From contig JAYWIR010000025.1 in the NCBI GenBank assembly GCA_036172245.1, forward strand, positions 434,001-498,000: DNA of 64,000 nucleotides, given 5' to 3'. The stretch is from Raillietiella orientalis. Taxonomy: Eukaryota. The number at the start of each line of letters is the position of its first letter. The first letter of the stretch is position 1. The position numbers were made by a program, and so were the translations under genes. Below are positions 35,786-49,399 of the stretch, piece by piece. The notes under the pieces were generated by a model. It had not been told where the DNA came from. It made no database searches and saw only the letters and a program-made list of their open reading frames with translations.

Positions 35786-38700
35786 GTCCGAGAGTACGAG
35801 ATTTTTTTAAACTACCGGAATGCTCCTTCTGCCTTCTTCGCCTTCCTGGGGTCCGAGGAAGGCCACGCACTCGAGGAGCCCTCGAGAAAACGCTGCAGGA
35901 TCTGGGATCCCCCCCCACCCCTCGCGGATCCTTCCTCAGCTCCTCCGATTCCTCCTCGCGCCACAGCCGGAACTGCCTCTCGACTTCCACCCTGTCGAGG
36001 TGGGAGGGGCTCCGGGATTCATTCCGAGGAGAGCCCTAGCCTCTCCCGCGCATCCCGGAACTTCTTCCGGGGACAAAGCTTGCGAACCTGCGCTTGGCGC
36101 CCGCCGAACTCCCCTCGCTGCAAGAGCACCCTCTTGCCGTGTCCGCCGCGCGTGGGAGGACGTCTCGCTCGCCTCATCCGTCTGCCAGATCGCCCACGAT
36201 CAGTGTGGAGTCGCATGCGGCTTTCGCCGTCGCCTTTCCTTGCTTTCGACGGTGGGCCCGTCTCGTAAAACCGAAAACAGAGGCCAGGCAAGGAGGCGCT
36301 CGCCTGGACGTCCTTGCGGAGTTTCAAGCGCCATCCCTCAGAGGAGACTTGAGGGTCTGACCCTTCCCCAGACGGGATTTCTCGAACAAAATTTCCCCCT
36401 CTCCGCCCTCAATCTCACAACCCTCTCCCGGAAGGCGCTGATTGAGGTTCGCGTCTACCGGAAGGTCTCTCTTTCCCTTGCCCCTTGATGACGGGAGGCC
36501 CTTTTGGTCCATCGCAGTTTTGAGGGGCCATCGCGGGGATAAACCCGCTCCCGGTTTCCTGAGGACAATAACGGTCGTCCGCCGCAAGGATGCGCCTTCC
36601 TTATCCGAGCTGATCCCCTCGGATGGTCGCCTATGCGTTCGGAGAACTGCTCCGCCTCCCTTCAGGACGTCTTCGAGGACGTCAAGAGGGAATCCGGACT
36701 CCCGCTGCCGCCGGACGGGAACATCGGCAGCTGCAGCTGCCGAGGTGGAACTTTCCCGGAGCGCACGCGGGGGTTCCTTCGGGCAGGTGCCTTGCTGGCG
36801 GATTCACTCTTCGCGAAGCGAAGCCTTCGTACGGTCCCATCCACCACCCCTGGATCAAGTGCGTGCGTGGCCGGCGGCAAGTTCCCTGAAGGTTAAGGTA
36901 CTGTCTTGGGTACCTGAGTCTGTCCTCCTCCATTTGCCTGCATCCATGTACTACGAAGTTCCTCCATGGTGTGCCTGAGGCGGAGGTTTCTTCTTCCTAG
37001 AGCGCCTGTCCCAGAGATCACAAGGTGGAAACTCGGATTCGGGGCACGTGGGGGGGAAAGGAGGCAGGATGGACCGCTTTGTTCCTCTAATTGGAACAGG
37101 GAAGATGGCATGGTCATCTCGTTCCAGCAATTCCGTGCTCTGGGCAGCCCGGTGCTTCATGACGTTTCTGCACCTCGCCTGGAAGGGCCGCTCGTGGCGT
37201 TGTTTTGGGATGTGCGTGAGCTCCTGTTGGTCTCAGCTTCTCGTTTCCCGAAAGAACGGCGCCTCGGAAGACGGGCGTTTCTCACACGCTGAGGCACGTA
37301 GCGCGACTTCCCTTCGGTCCGGGCGCACCGTCATTCCTGTTAATGCCGCGCGTGACCCGCTCGTGGAGGATGCGAACGCCATCTGCAGTTCGTATCGCTC
37401 CGGGAGAATTTCTGCTGAGAGACAGAGGAGAATTCACTTCCTGACTCTCGTGCGGAGGGAGCGAGGGGAGCGCGACCTGCCACCGCGACGAACACCAAAA
37501 CACGACCGGTGAGCACGCCTTCCCGAGGTCCTCCTCCTCCTCTTCTCGATTGAAGGGGAACGCTGCGGCCGCACTCGGGGTTTGGAGGGTGGGCAGAACC
37601 GAAGTGTCACCGCCGTCCTTCTTGCACGGAACGCCCTCGTGGAACGATCGACGACCCCAAAGACCCGTCTTCCGTGCGTCCGGGTCTGGCGAAGCGTGGT
37701 GCTGATTTGGGAGGCGGCAAGATGAGCGGAAGGGTTGTCACCGCCCACGGAGGATCACGACCGCGGCTTTGACAGTTTCGAGAGGAGGATCTCGCCCGAG
37801 CAAAGAAGAGAGCAGCAGGTGGTTGGCGCGAGTGCTGCGCTCCCCCTCCGATCCTCGCAGACAGTCCGTCCACAAGGATCGGCGTCCATCCTGATTGTTG
37901 TTAGCCTCGCCGAACTCTCCATTGCTCACGGTAGAGGGAGTTGCTGCGTGTTCCACTGGACCCGCGTGACAGCGACTGCTTCTCTCTCTCTGTCTCTCTC
38001 TTTTTTTTCTTTTCTTCTCGCCATCCCTAAATAACGACACTCAGCATGAGCGTCGTTATTTGTTTGTTTAATTTAATTTAAAATACATTCGATTTTCGCA
38101 ACGATTCGTCCTACCGTTGCTCTTATCAAACGGCACGAGCGAAAAGAAAGAAAGGGATTCCTTCCTCCCTTCCCTTCTCCTCCCCAGCCACTGGATGAAT
38201 CAGGGGTTCCGGGAACAGGATTAATGATGGGTAAGCAGTCGCGGGTGACGTTAGGAACAAATAACGAAAACGACAGATCAGTTCGTGCGGTCATCATCTT
38301 GGCCAATTATCGAGTGCAGCGTAAAGAATTTCCCGCTTCTTCCACAATTCACATCGACGTCCCCACCCACCCGCATCCACTTTTGCAAAATCTGACTGAT
38401 TACGCATGAGGTCCGCGGCGAAACGGACTCTCCGTCTCCGGACTGGATGCCTAGAGCGGCGGACTCGGAGTGCCTCTTTGGCAGGTGTCGCAACCAGCCC
38501 GAGATCCTAGCCCGGAATAAGAATCAGCCTCAAGAGCAACGGACTGCTGTTGCCTCCGCTGCCCACGCGGAGCGATCACGTGGTCCTGAGACGTCCCCCC
38601 CCCCCCCCCCCCCCCCCAGTTTCCGCAAATTTATTCGCGCCGGGAGGCGGTCGGCACGCTGCCTTTCCGGCACCGCGAAAGCGGCGCCTCTCGCGGCCGG

Positions 38701-39299
38701 AAGGGGCAAGCGACCTTCGGCGCGATCAGCAAGACGCCGCCTTCCCGCGCGCTCTTCCTGACCAGAGTAAAGGAAACCGAAACTCCCCAGCCGATCCGTA
38801 TGGAAAGCAGGCTCTTCTTCTTGTTTTTCTAAAAAAACGAAAGAAAAAAAAATGACATCACGTTTTGTACATAAAGTTAATCGTCGCTATACCCCTTGTT
38901 CAGCGAGCGGCGTCTGCCACCGCATCTGAAACGGAGTGGCTCGTGTTTGTCCGTTCGTCGGTACCCACGGAACCGACTCACTTGACACTTTGCACATCCC
39001 CTTCCTTTGTTCGACACGCTCCAGAGGTGGCGGACAGGCTCACGTTCCTCCCCAGAGCGCGCCCTGGGCGCGCGGTGAGGATCGCACCTCTTCCTGTAGT
39101 CGGTGCTGTTCCCCTCTTGCCCGAGCCTTGATTTCTCCCGTCCGATCCTCTCTCCCCTTCAGCGCACGGCACGAGGGCACACCTCGAGACCTCGTGCCGG
39201 CGTGGGTTCCTGGCAGCGGGAAGTCCGTCTTCTTCGGGGCCATGCTGCGGTCGCTCGCCATCATCGCTGCACCGCCTGTCTTCCGGCACACCGGGTGCC

Positions 39300-41300
39300 C
39301 CTCTGTGTCTGCTCGGTCCAGCTATTCCAGTAGGGGAATCTTTATAGCTCTCGGTGCCCACGTTTCCCGAGAGCACCCATCTTGCATCTCGTAGAGAAGA
39401 AACCGGGAAAGCAAGAAGGCTTCTTCTACCTGACACTGAGCGCGGAGTGAAGACCACAGAGGAGGGCAGGAGAAGATGGGACTTTTTTCTTATCGCCCTC
39501 GTCATTGAACAGCTCCCGTAGAGCCTCCGCAGGACCACCGAGCGAGGGAGCGCCTTCTTCCAGGATGCGGTGGCCAGCCATCAGGAGGCAGCAAGAGAGC
39601 AGCAAACTCGGAAGAGGTGGTGGTTTCCTCCGCGTGCAGACCTGCATCCTCGTCGGAATGCCTCGGGGTGCTCCTGTTAGCGTCAGCTTGTGAAGCTGTC
39701 GTCTGCGAAGGTTCCTCAGGGTGGAACCTTCGCGTGTGCGCAAGCAGCGCTCGTGTCTCCTGGGGGACTGATCGTAGGGACCCGTGCGGGGCGGTGGGGT
39801 CGGACGGAACAAACCACCAGCTCCTCAAGAGCACGCCTCTTTGCGGCGTGGGGATGGATCCGACCCTGGGTGCCTCCTTGACAGCAAAAGCGTCCACATC
39901 TGGACCTAAAGAATTGCGGGTTTGACCCGCTTCGAGGAGGTGCCTTTTTCAAGAAGGAAGTCGTCCCGGTGCGACAGCGCGTCCGCAGGCAGAGCGGTGG
40001 AACGAGCGAGCGGTGGGTGGCAAGGTGTGGACTGCCGTAGGCAAGAAAGTTCGGCAGGAATCCTGGAATCGTGTTCTCCGCCGCTTCCTCTTTTCCCTTG
40101 ACATGGGTGTCGTGGGAAAATTTCATCGTGCAGCAGCAGCGAATGTTTCTCGGTGCACGCTGCGGTTCATGCCTGCGCATGGTCACCACTCCTGAGGCCA
40201 CGAATTCTCGGTTGCGCCTGCGCTCCGTTTTCGCCGTGTGCCTTGATCGTGTGGACTTGCGCGCGCCGATCATGCGCAGGCGAAATTCTCCTCCTTTCCG
40301 GAGCCTCGCGGGAACGTCGGAACCTTAAGAACGCCTTGCGCATTCCTGTTGCCGCCCTCGGGATCATCCCGACCCGCCGTGCCTGCGCCCTCGCATCAGA
40401 AGCCACCCAAACCAGGTTTTTTTTTCCCGGTCGTCCGTCATCCTCCTGCTTCGATCTTGTCGGACTCCCTCCGTGCCGGCGCTGTTGCTCAACTTGGACG
40501 TTGGGCAGCCGACGCCAGCAAGGACCTTCCTGGCTTCCGCACGCCTTCCCTCGCTGAGGCAAGCAGGCGACCTCGAAATGCCGCTGTTTTGAGTTCTTAG
40601 GTGACATTCCAGCTGCGTTTCCTGGTGCCATGCCTTCCTCCTGTGTGCTCCCTGGCTCCAGCCTGCGCTTTCGGTCTGCGGTTTCTGATGTATTTGGCAG
40701 TACCGCCTTCGACACGTCGGGTGCTCTGTGCAGCGTAGGGCATGCACGGGCATTCCCTACGCTCTCCTGAGGACCTCCCGACCGGCCGTACACCCGGTTG
40801 GTGCAGCACGGAGCAGCATGCCCCGAGGCACGGTGACGGCAAGGGAAAGGACGGCTGCGGAGATTCCAGTCTTTGGAACGAGTCCCAAGGGAGGCTGCTA
40901 CCTGGAGTCCGATTTCCCATTTTTCTTCCACCGCCCCCATTCCAGGGATCCGCTCGGAGCCAGCGGACGATTTTCCACGCGGAGGTTTGAAAGACCCCTG
41001 GGCTCTGCGGGTTCGAGCGTCGATCTGCGTGCAACGGGGAGGACAGTGGTCGCAAAGGCTGCCGAGAGGTCAAGCAAATCGTTCTTCGAGCTCCAGCAGC
41101 TCCTGTCTTCCAGATGCGCAGGATACGCTCTGCTACACTCGCTTTTTCGACAGGTCGCAGGTTCTGTCCGGCGTCGCGGGGCTGGAGCGGTGCTTAAGAC
41201 ACTCTCCATCCAGACTCATGGGATCAAAGATCAGTGTGCTGCTTTGTTTCCAAACACCGTGAATGATCCCGCTGATTCGTCTGTTGACATTCGTAACAAG
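39300..41300 (+). mobile_element. Decayed L1/Tx1-like RT fragment
   Basis: FPLTWVSWENFIVQQQRMFLGARCGSCLRMV resembles the AFDxVSWxFLxxxLxxxG.GxxFxxWI region of L1-clade RT. Boundaries are approximate. Confidence 0.4.
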
Positions 41301-42998
41301 GAAAGGGGCAGAAGAGGAGAAGGGGAGGGGGGGAGGGGAACAAAAAAGCAAGCTCGAAGAAAGTAGATGGAAATCGCGATTTGGACAGATGGACAGGGGG
41401 AGCCGGCGAGCGAAGACAAGAGACGCGTCTCTCGCGGCGTGCCCCCTCCGTGGAGAGCGAAGACGGCGACGCCGCCGTCGAAGCACTTGAAAAGGGAAAA
41501 TGCAAAATTCCGAATCGCATTCCTTGGCAATCAAAATCGGATTACCGGAAACCTTGGATGTTGCGAGAATTCAGGGCGTTTTTTTTTTTTCTTTTTTTTT
41601 TCTTTTTCCTTTTTTCGCTACTTTCATCGCTATTTACTCGTGTTGATTTAAGTTATGCAAGAAAAGGGTGTTTCTTTGCCGAGCTGAACCACTGTGCCCA
41701 TGCATTTCAAAACGGGTTTCGCAACGGACGGAGCGTTATTTGTACCTGGCGGAAATTAACATCAGATGCTGCTGACAAAGACTGTGCAGCGTCGGGGCTG
41801 TATTGCGCACTTCGGGTTCGCCTGCACGCCTCAAGACAAGCGCCAGGACACGGGGACGCCAGCAGCCGACCTCTCACCGCTCCCGATTCCGACGCTTCTC
41901 CGCAATCTTTCCAGTGGCTTTCGAGGTTTCCGTCTCTTACCGGCTGGTCGTGGAAATGAGTCGACCGAGCCGCAAGAAAAAATCCACCGTGCTGCGGTAA
42001 AGACAGGCAAATATAAAAAAATACCCCCTTCCTTGCGGGTCTGGCCTGGTCTTGAAGTGCGAGCACAGCCCTCACGAGAAATGTTGCCTCCTCAGGTTCG
42101 AGATTCCAGAACGAGGATTTGTGGTGGGCAGCTGAGCTTCCAGGCGCTTGGCCTTATCCTTCTCGATCGCGCTTCAAGAGCTCAAGAATCAAGCCTGGTA
42201 CGGACTCCGTACGGATGCAGGTACGGAGTGTAAATGGGGCTGCTGCTCTTTCGAGGATGCGAGGGTTCGCACCGTGCAGCACAAGCTGTGGGGATCGATA
42301 GAGGCGCCCCTTCGCCAAAGCAAGATGGAGGAAGGCGTTTCGTCGCTATGGATCGTTTCCGTGTTCAGAAAAGGATGCTGGCACCATCGCAACTCTTCCT
42401 GGAAGTCACTGTAGAGTGACTAAAAAAGTGGAACATGAAAGCGAAAGTCGTGGTGCCAAAATTGTCCAATTGACAATTAGGATTTGTTTTCCATTTTTCT
42501 TTCCTTTTTTTTCTTTTTCTTCTCAACAGAAAAGGCATCCCTGGAGTAATCAAATGCAAAGCCCGAGCCAGGCAGATTCGATGGTTTCAAAATAGCCAAG
42601 AAGAAACTTTCCTTCTCGTCGCAAGCGAGACCTCTCTGCCACGCAGAGGTGGGGGCGAACGGCCCGAGTGCAGGGGGGGGGGGGGGCTCGTGGAGGCGAC
42701 CAGGCATCCCTGGTTCCTGTTCCATCCCGTTCCTGCCGTCTCAGGGATCAGCCGGCCAAGTCGCGTGGCTCGCGACTTGCTGATGCCATGTGCTTGCCTT
42801 CGCGTTCGCATTCCTTACGGTTGATTTATTCTGGATAGAAGTGCTGCTCCTGAATTATGGAGCTCACTGTTAAGTGCGTTTTTCTCTCTCTCTCGAGAGA
42901 GGAGTGGGAAGAAGCTGGAACGCCTATAAAAAAAAAAAAAAAAAAGTGGGAATGCGGAGATTGCTGTGCTTTTGCTAAAATCATTCTTTCACGTGTTT

Positions 42999-43029
<31 letters not shown>

Positions 43030-43954
43030 GAAAAAAAAGTCGAAAATGAATCTTAATTATCGGATGAACGATTTGGACACCATCCAATTTTCAGGTGCCA
43101 GCTCTTCGCAGCATCTCAATTTACGCTCCTTTAAGATTCGGCATCAGCACAAGTCCATTTCCTGCGAGTGGTGCACGCGGACGTTCGAAGCCGCTCCGAG
43201 CAGCCGCGCTTCCCCGCTTTCGAGGGATTGTGAATTCCTCAAAGAGTCGCGGATTCCAGCGGACTTAGCCGATCACGAAGACGTGAGTGTGGGATGCTGA
43301 GGCGTTTGCCAGGGTCCCGAAGTCGAGAGCCCGACCTCGAGGATGAAACCCCGTCGCCAAGCACGATGCAGTGATCACCCCCGGTTTTCCCCTGAAGCGG
43401 CGCGCGCGCGGAAGGGGAGGGGGATTCTGGCCTTCCGATTTCGGAATGCCCCGTCGAGTGCTTCTTAGACCTCCTCACTCAAGGTGGGGCATTTCCGACG
43501 GCACCCCTGAGAGGCGGAAGAGACCCATTTTCCGAAGAGACGCCGCTCTTTCGGTAAATCTCGAGGGATCTCAGCTGAGAATGGGAGCTGTTCGCGACAG
43601 GTGCCCCCGTCCCCCCCCCCCCTCGTCCACGGACGTTTTGGCTAGCTGCTGCGCAGTTCCGGGACTTGCGAGCTGGAAACGAAACAAAGGGCTATGTCTG
43701 CTTCCCGTTATGGGGACAGCGTTCCGGGAGGGAATTCCGCCTAGCAACATCTCGCCTCTGTTATCAGCTGCCTGGTTTGTGTTTGGTCAGGTGCCGTCCT
43801 CCGCGCGCCCATACGCTTTCTGTAGGTGCCTTGGGAGCAGTCCCAGACCAGCCTCCTCGGCAGCCGGGCCAGCGCGGCTCGCAAGCACCGATTTGTGCTC
43901 TTGCAGGATTCCTGGAGCAGACGCTCGCGATGAGACTTGCCTAGGGGCACGAAA

Positions 43955-44580
43955 CGCGTGGGTGGCCGTGTGGCTGCGCTCTCCGTGCGCGGCACCACCA
44001 AGCGTCGCTGGTTCGAATTCCGCCCGGGGGAGGAGGATCGACGCCGGGAAATGCGGGGTACGTCGTGGGTTTCGAGTCCCTCACCGGACGTTTTTCCGTC
44101 TACTGGCCGGGATTGAAAGTTGGACCTTCTCAGGGTCCTTCTTCGAGGAACCAAGGAGTCGGTTTCCTTCTCGGCTTTCCTCCGGCTCCTCTCTTCAAGA
44201 GATGACTCTCCATCGCGTACCATGGAGCTGGTTGGAGCCCTCTTCGAGGCAGATGGAGACGGAAATCCTCCAGAATGTAAGAAACGAGCTGCTCCCTCCG
44301 GGGAGAGATTCTTTGGGGTTCTCTTCAGAAAAAAAGGAAACCGGGAGCGGTTGGCTCCCTCACGGGTTCCCTAGAGAGAAGAAACGGGGATTGCCCCCCT
44401 CCGGAAGATCTCTCCGGAGAGAACAAGGAAGAATAGAGAAAAAACCCAAGCTCAAGAGGAGTGGACCCTTTCCTCCGGGGTCTTCCTGGATTCATAGGGT
44501 GGTCCCCTCCAGGGATACCCCCTAAATGGAAGAGTTAATGCACGCACCCTCGGGTGGCGTGGATGGTGTCAAAGAGCTCC
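43955..44580 (+). mobile_element. tRNA-headed SINE, near full length (~625 bp)
   Basis: A-box-like TGGCCGTGTGG (43963-43973), B-box GGTTCGAATTCC (44010-44021) and a second B-box-like GGGTTTCGAGTCCC near 44067. The body is shared with other copies and the terminus is CTCGGGTGGCGTGGATGGTGTCAAAGAGCTCC. Confidence 0.78.
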
Positions 44581-45899
44581 GTGGACTCTCCCTGAGAAGA
44601 GCGAACGATTCTTCAGCACTCCTAGAGGCCCCCACTCCCGCCCCAAAAAGGAAAGAAAACCTGGGAGGAGAAGGCGGGGAGGACAGAAGGAAGGAGAGGA
44701 ACTCTGGAAAGGGGTCCTGATGCGCGAGGAAGGTCGGAGCGCATCGTCCTCTCGAGCTGCTACTCTGTCTCGGCAGTCGGCTTTCCAGCAGTTGCTCGAC
44801 TGGATCCTTTTGGATGGAAATCCCTCCTTCTGGACCGCCTGCTTAGTGCGCCCTCCGACTGTTTCTCTGCAGTCCGACAGATCCGGAGGTGTTTTTGCCT
44901 CCCTTGCTCCCCGCTTTGGGTGGCCGCTCCTCCTCTTCCTCCTTCCTTGAACACGGCAGCGAGGCGGCGCTAGAGGCGAGCGGAGGGCTGCAAAGGGCGC
45001 ACGCGTCACGCACAGAGCGTGCCGACCTCTCTTGCGAGAAGCTGCTTCTGCTGACCCTCTCCAGATCGCGATCTGAACGAAGGAAGGCCAGCATACCGGT
45101 CCTCACCGGTCTCCGCGCTGCGTTCGACGTGGGAGGGTCAGCTTGGTGGGCGCAGCTGCGGACGAGACCGATATCGTCCGGTACCCAGTCTTCCCTTCAT
45201 CCAATTCTCGTGTCCAGCAGTCTGGAAAGGTTTGGTATTCTCCCTGCTAGTCACGGTTCCACTGGAAAATCAGGGAGCTCGGCTAGACTCGCTGCCGAGA
45301 TCCGGCCTCGGTTCTTCCTTGCAGCTTCACGCGATCCCGTTCCCGGTGGATTCATAGCACCCGCGTGAATGTGCGATGGTCCGTCGGTCCGAGGTCCGAT
45401 GGAGGTGACTGCAGGAAAGGTTGCAGCTGCTGAACTTGTCCTACCTTTGAGGATGAGGATTATGGAGCTCGTCTTGTCTTTTGCTCAGTTCACAAGTTAC
45501 CTCGTATGGTACCCAGGCAACAGAGATGCTCAAGCTGTGGTTCGGACCCCTGAAAACTGTTGAAAAAAAAAAAAAAAAGGAAAAGAAGCATCGAATCCAG
45601 GATGCGGCATCATGAAAGAGAACATCCTTGCGCCTTCTCGCTGGCGACGACCTTTTTCCCTCTGCCAGCTCAAAAATCTTGGCACAAGCCAATGGTGCAA
45701 GGAGTTCCAGTGGTCCAACTAGTGATTTTTTTCCCTGTCCGATTGCTGGATGCTGAAATCAGGAAGAGAACGTTCCTCTTCATATCCCGTTACGAGGGGG
45801 TTTTAGGAACCATCGTTCGAGGCAGTTTTCCCAACCAATCGTTTCTTCCGGAAGGATGCTGAGAAATGGAAGCTCAGAAACTTTCCTGGATCTCCCAAG

Positions 45900-47600
45900 G
45901 AATTTCCAGTTTCCTCGCTCCTTCCTCTTCATGGAGCTGACTCAGGTCATATCATGGCGTGAAATCCCCATGCTGCGCTGCCTGGGTCGACCGCCTCCTT
46001 GAAAGTTCTCGGACGGGAATGTCGAGCCGGCTCCGTTCCGCAAAGGACACCAGCTCTCCTTTCGGAGCTGGGAAACGCAACGTCGCATTGCGATCCGCAG
46101 TTGGGGTTCTTCTCTCGTGATGTGCGCATCCTTATCTTCCTGGAGGAACATACTCCGCTTCTTCATGCTTCCTTCCTACTTGAACCGCGGATGAATCTCG
46201 GATGCGAATCACGCCGAAGAATTTCATTCCTCCGGCGTGCTGCTCTGTGAAGTAACGGAGCCTCTGGGCGTTTGCGAGGGAAGGCAAGAACGTCGATTAC
46301 CTGGCGCTGCAGGAGGAGGAAGAATTTCTGTCGACACTCTCAAGGGAAAGTCTAAGGTTATTTTGAAGACATTCTTCTGGTGTTTGCGGTGGGTGAAGGA
46401 AAGCAGAGAAATAATTTAGAGGGAGGGGAACGAGGTCGCTATGAGAGTGACCATGGAGGTTCCCGTGTCCTCTGAGTTCTCTGGACAGTGTGTGTCCTTG
46501 GGCGAGAGTTCCCAGGAGGGCTCGGAGCGAGGGTGGAATCAAAATGCGTGGAGGAAGGCGTCAGGGAGGGAGTGACCGTTGTGAGGAAGCGGCGCTCATG
46601 AAAGAAGCCAACAGGCGGAAGGAGGACTTTCTTGTAGTCATCCACGCTCTGGGGGGTGCAACTCCAAACGCATTCTGCTGCTTTTGTTCTCCACCATTCG
46701 TAGTGACCTCCGGTTGATCGGACGGGGGGGGGAGGCCTGTGTTTGCGGACCTCGGGGAGGCCCGGATTGCAAATGGCGCCAACTCGGATCTCGATGCTTC
46801 CTCGGCGATTCCCGATGCACTGTTTGAGAAGTTGTCTTGAAGAGAGGACGAGACTTCCCAAGATGCCTTCCCTACGAGCAGAAAGTTAGGCGGAAAAGGA
46901 AAGGTGAAATCCGCATTTTTGGCAGCAGCAATGTCATTCCTTCCGTTGAAGATTCCTTCTCTCTTAAAATCCCCTCTTCTGTGCTTCCTTTCCAGAGATG
47001 AATACCCAGCACGTGTCATTTGCACAGCAATCCCCACATAAGGTCATTGCAACTATTCACTGCTGCTTGCCAGCTCTGGAGGGCTGGTGTCTGTCTGTTC
47101 CTCTCTGCCTGTCTTTTCAAGAAGGGGCGTATCCTCTTACCAAACGACTTTTCACTTGGCAAAGAGTCTCTGCAAGGAAGCCCGGACTCTCTGCTTTCTC
47201 GTTCCGTCTGTCGAGGAAGGGAAGGTGGGATGATCATTTCCAAGTGCAAGTCTTCCTGGAGACACCCTGGGGACGCGTTTTGTGGCCAACGACAAGGACT
47301 GGAGCGTGTCTTCGACCTGCTCCGCTGAGACCGGCGCTTCGCAAAGAGGATGCGTTCGAAGGCGCTTGCGAGGAATGAGGAGGAGGAACGCGCAAGCGTC
47401 TTGCATCTCCCCAGAGCACACCAACTCACGAGAAGCAGTCTCCCAAGCGTTCTCCATCTTCGCCACCTACTGTTCGCACGTTCTGTTTCCTTTCCGTTTC
47501 CAGAGCAGGGTTTTCTTCCAGCTTTCCATCTATACTTTCAAGATGATTTGGAACGCTTCTGCGAGCACCCGGGCGCCTGATTACCAGCGAGTTCCCTTGG
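45900..47600 (-). mobile_element. Decayed LINE RT fragment
   Basis: Minus-strand RESRESGLP (RGVRQG.P-like), SCNDL (YADDL-like) and HVLGIHL (YLG-like) occur in the correct order. Confidence 0.4.
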
Positions 47601-48057
47601 GTTTCTTTCTGCACTGCGCAAACAGCAGGAGCACCAGCACGTAAATCACATGGCTTGAAGAGAGTGAGAAGGGGGAGAGGAGCGAAAAAGCTCCGGCCCG
47701 CGAAATGCAAAGTGTTTCAGATATCACGAAGACACGGGGTGTTTATCCTCTCGGTTTTTGCTAGGGTATGCTTTCCCTGGGCCTTTACGGAAGAAAATCC
47801 CGAAGGAGTTTAGCGATGCCCCGCATTCGCCAGCAGCAAAGGGGAGAAACGGGTAGGAGAGAGCTTTTTCTTCGTCTTCCGGCTTGTTGTTTCGGCGCGG
47901 AGCACCTGCAGCAGGGCAGCTCATCGGACAGCAGGACGAGGGAAGCCCAACTGCACGCTTCGTCTGTGTAGGAATCAGTTGCAACCCGCTGGAATCCTTC
48001 TAGCTCTGGTGTGTCCCCAGATCTATTGAGCGCAGTCTCCCCTGCAGTTCTGAGGTT

Positions 48058-48400
48058 TTTTAACACGGTCACGCCGAGGCGTTTCTTTTATGAAAAATAA
48101 ACCAGTTGGGAACTTTCGTTCCTAACCGACGACAACAAGAAACGAGAGGGAGGGACCACTGGTACGCAGGCTGAGACAACAGAGAGTCCGGAACGAAGGA
48201 GGGACAAGAGAACACAAGCAAATAAACTGGATGGGAAGAGGCAGGGATCTTTGGGTTCGCTCTGTTCGCACCGCGATGAAAACAAAAAGCACCACAGAAG
48301 TTACGAAGAGAATGGGATGGGGAATAAGAGAAAAAACAAACAAACAAATAAAGTGAAGGAGGGGACAAGGATCACCGGGTCCACCATTCCTAACCGTTGC
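48058..48400 (-). mobile_element. 3' UTR fragment of the L1/Tx1-like LINE family
   Basis: AAACAAACAAATAAAG...GGGGACAAGGATCAC resembles 30110-30180 and 30820-30900. The minus-strand end AAACGCCTCGGCGTGACCGTGTTAAAAA resembles the end of the 34267-35627 copy. Confidence 0.6.
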
Positions 48401-49399
48401 GATTCTGAGATTGTCTCCATGGAGGCGTGCATACTCTTCCGCTCTTTACCGTCGGAAAGAGGTGGGTCTTTCTCGCTTGAGACCAGTGAGGTGGGGGAAA
48501 CCCTAGCAGGCGGGTCGAGAAGGGAGTCGTCGCGGGGCGCAACCACCAGGAGGATCGCTTCTTCCGTGCAGGACGCTCGGAACCTCGACTTTTCCCGGGG
48601 GTCTCAGGAATTTCGTGCGCAGGTTTCTGCTTTCTTGTCTCTGAGATTGTCTCCCCGCAAGGGCCGGCAGGAGGGCCGTCTTCCAATTCTCCCAGAATCG
48701 CTACAAAAGGCTTCCTTCTGTCGTTGCGTTTGGCTTCCGAAGGGAAGAACTCTCAGCCAGACGGTTGCAAGCTCCTCAAAGGAGAGCGGTCTTCCGGAAG
48801 GGCTTTTGCTGTTTCCGGACTTTTTTTAAGGTCGATTCCTGCAGAACACGTGCGTTTCATTTCTCGGCAGGTCGAAGGGAAGCATCGACAGGATGACGAT
48901 CCCGAAGGATAATGAAAGGGGAGGGACACACATCCATTCAGCAGGCCATCGTGGGAAGCAGCGATTCGACGGCTCCATTGATTTTGAACGTCAACTTGGA
49001 GCGTTCCAGTTTTTTTTTTTTCTTCTTCTTCAAACTGGTCTGTCCTTCGGAGGCTGCTTGCTGCGTCGAGCCAGACATTTCCAGCTCCCGGTGGTGAAAA
49101 CCATCAAAAGCGAGCGAAAGTTCGATCCCACTTGTCGTCTCAGCAAAGTCCGACCTCTCCTTAGGGAATGAACAGCTCCACGTGCCCTGAGTACGGAGCC
49201 TCCAGGAAGTCCTCTCCTTGCGTGAAATCGCTGCAAGGCGGAGCTTGACCAACTTCGAATCCCGCCTTGGAACGGAGAATGTTCCCATCTCGAAACCTCC
49301 GCCCAAAACTCAGAGGTATCCTGCCTTCGGCTCTGGGAGGCGATCCAGGAGCTCTCTCAGAGAGGGCGGTGGTGATGTTACAATCCAGTAAGAGGACCT

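Noticed and set aside
43955..44030. Functional tRNA gene
   Set aside because: A and B boxes are present, but I could not fold a convincing cloverleaf. It continues into a shared 500-bp body in several diverged copies, as expected for a SINE head.
43371..44525. 384-aa ORF, the longest in the track
   Set aside because: It runs across a SINE boundary, has Arg/Pro/Ser-rich composition typical of chance GC-rich frames, and has no recognisable domain.
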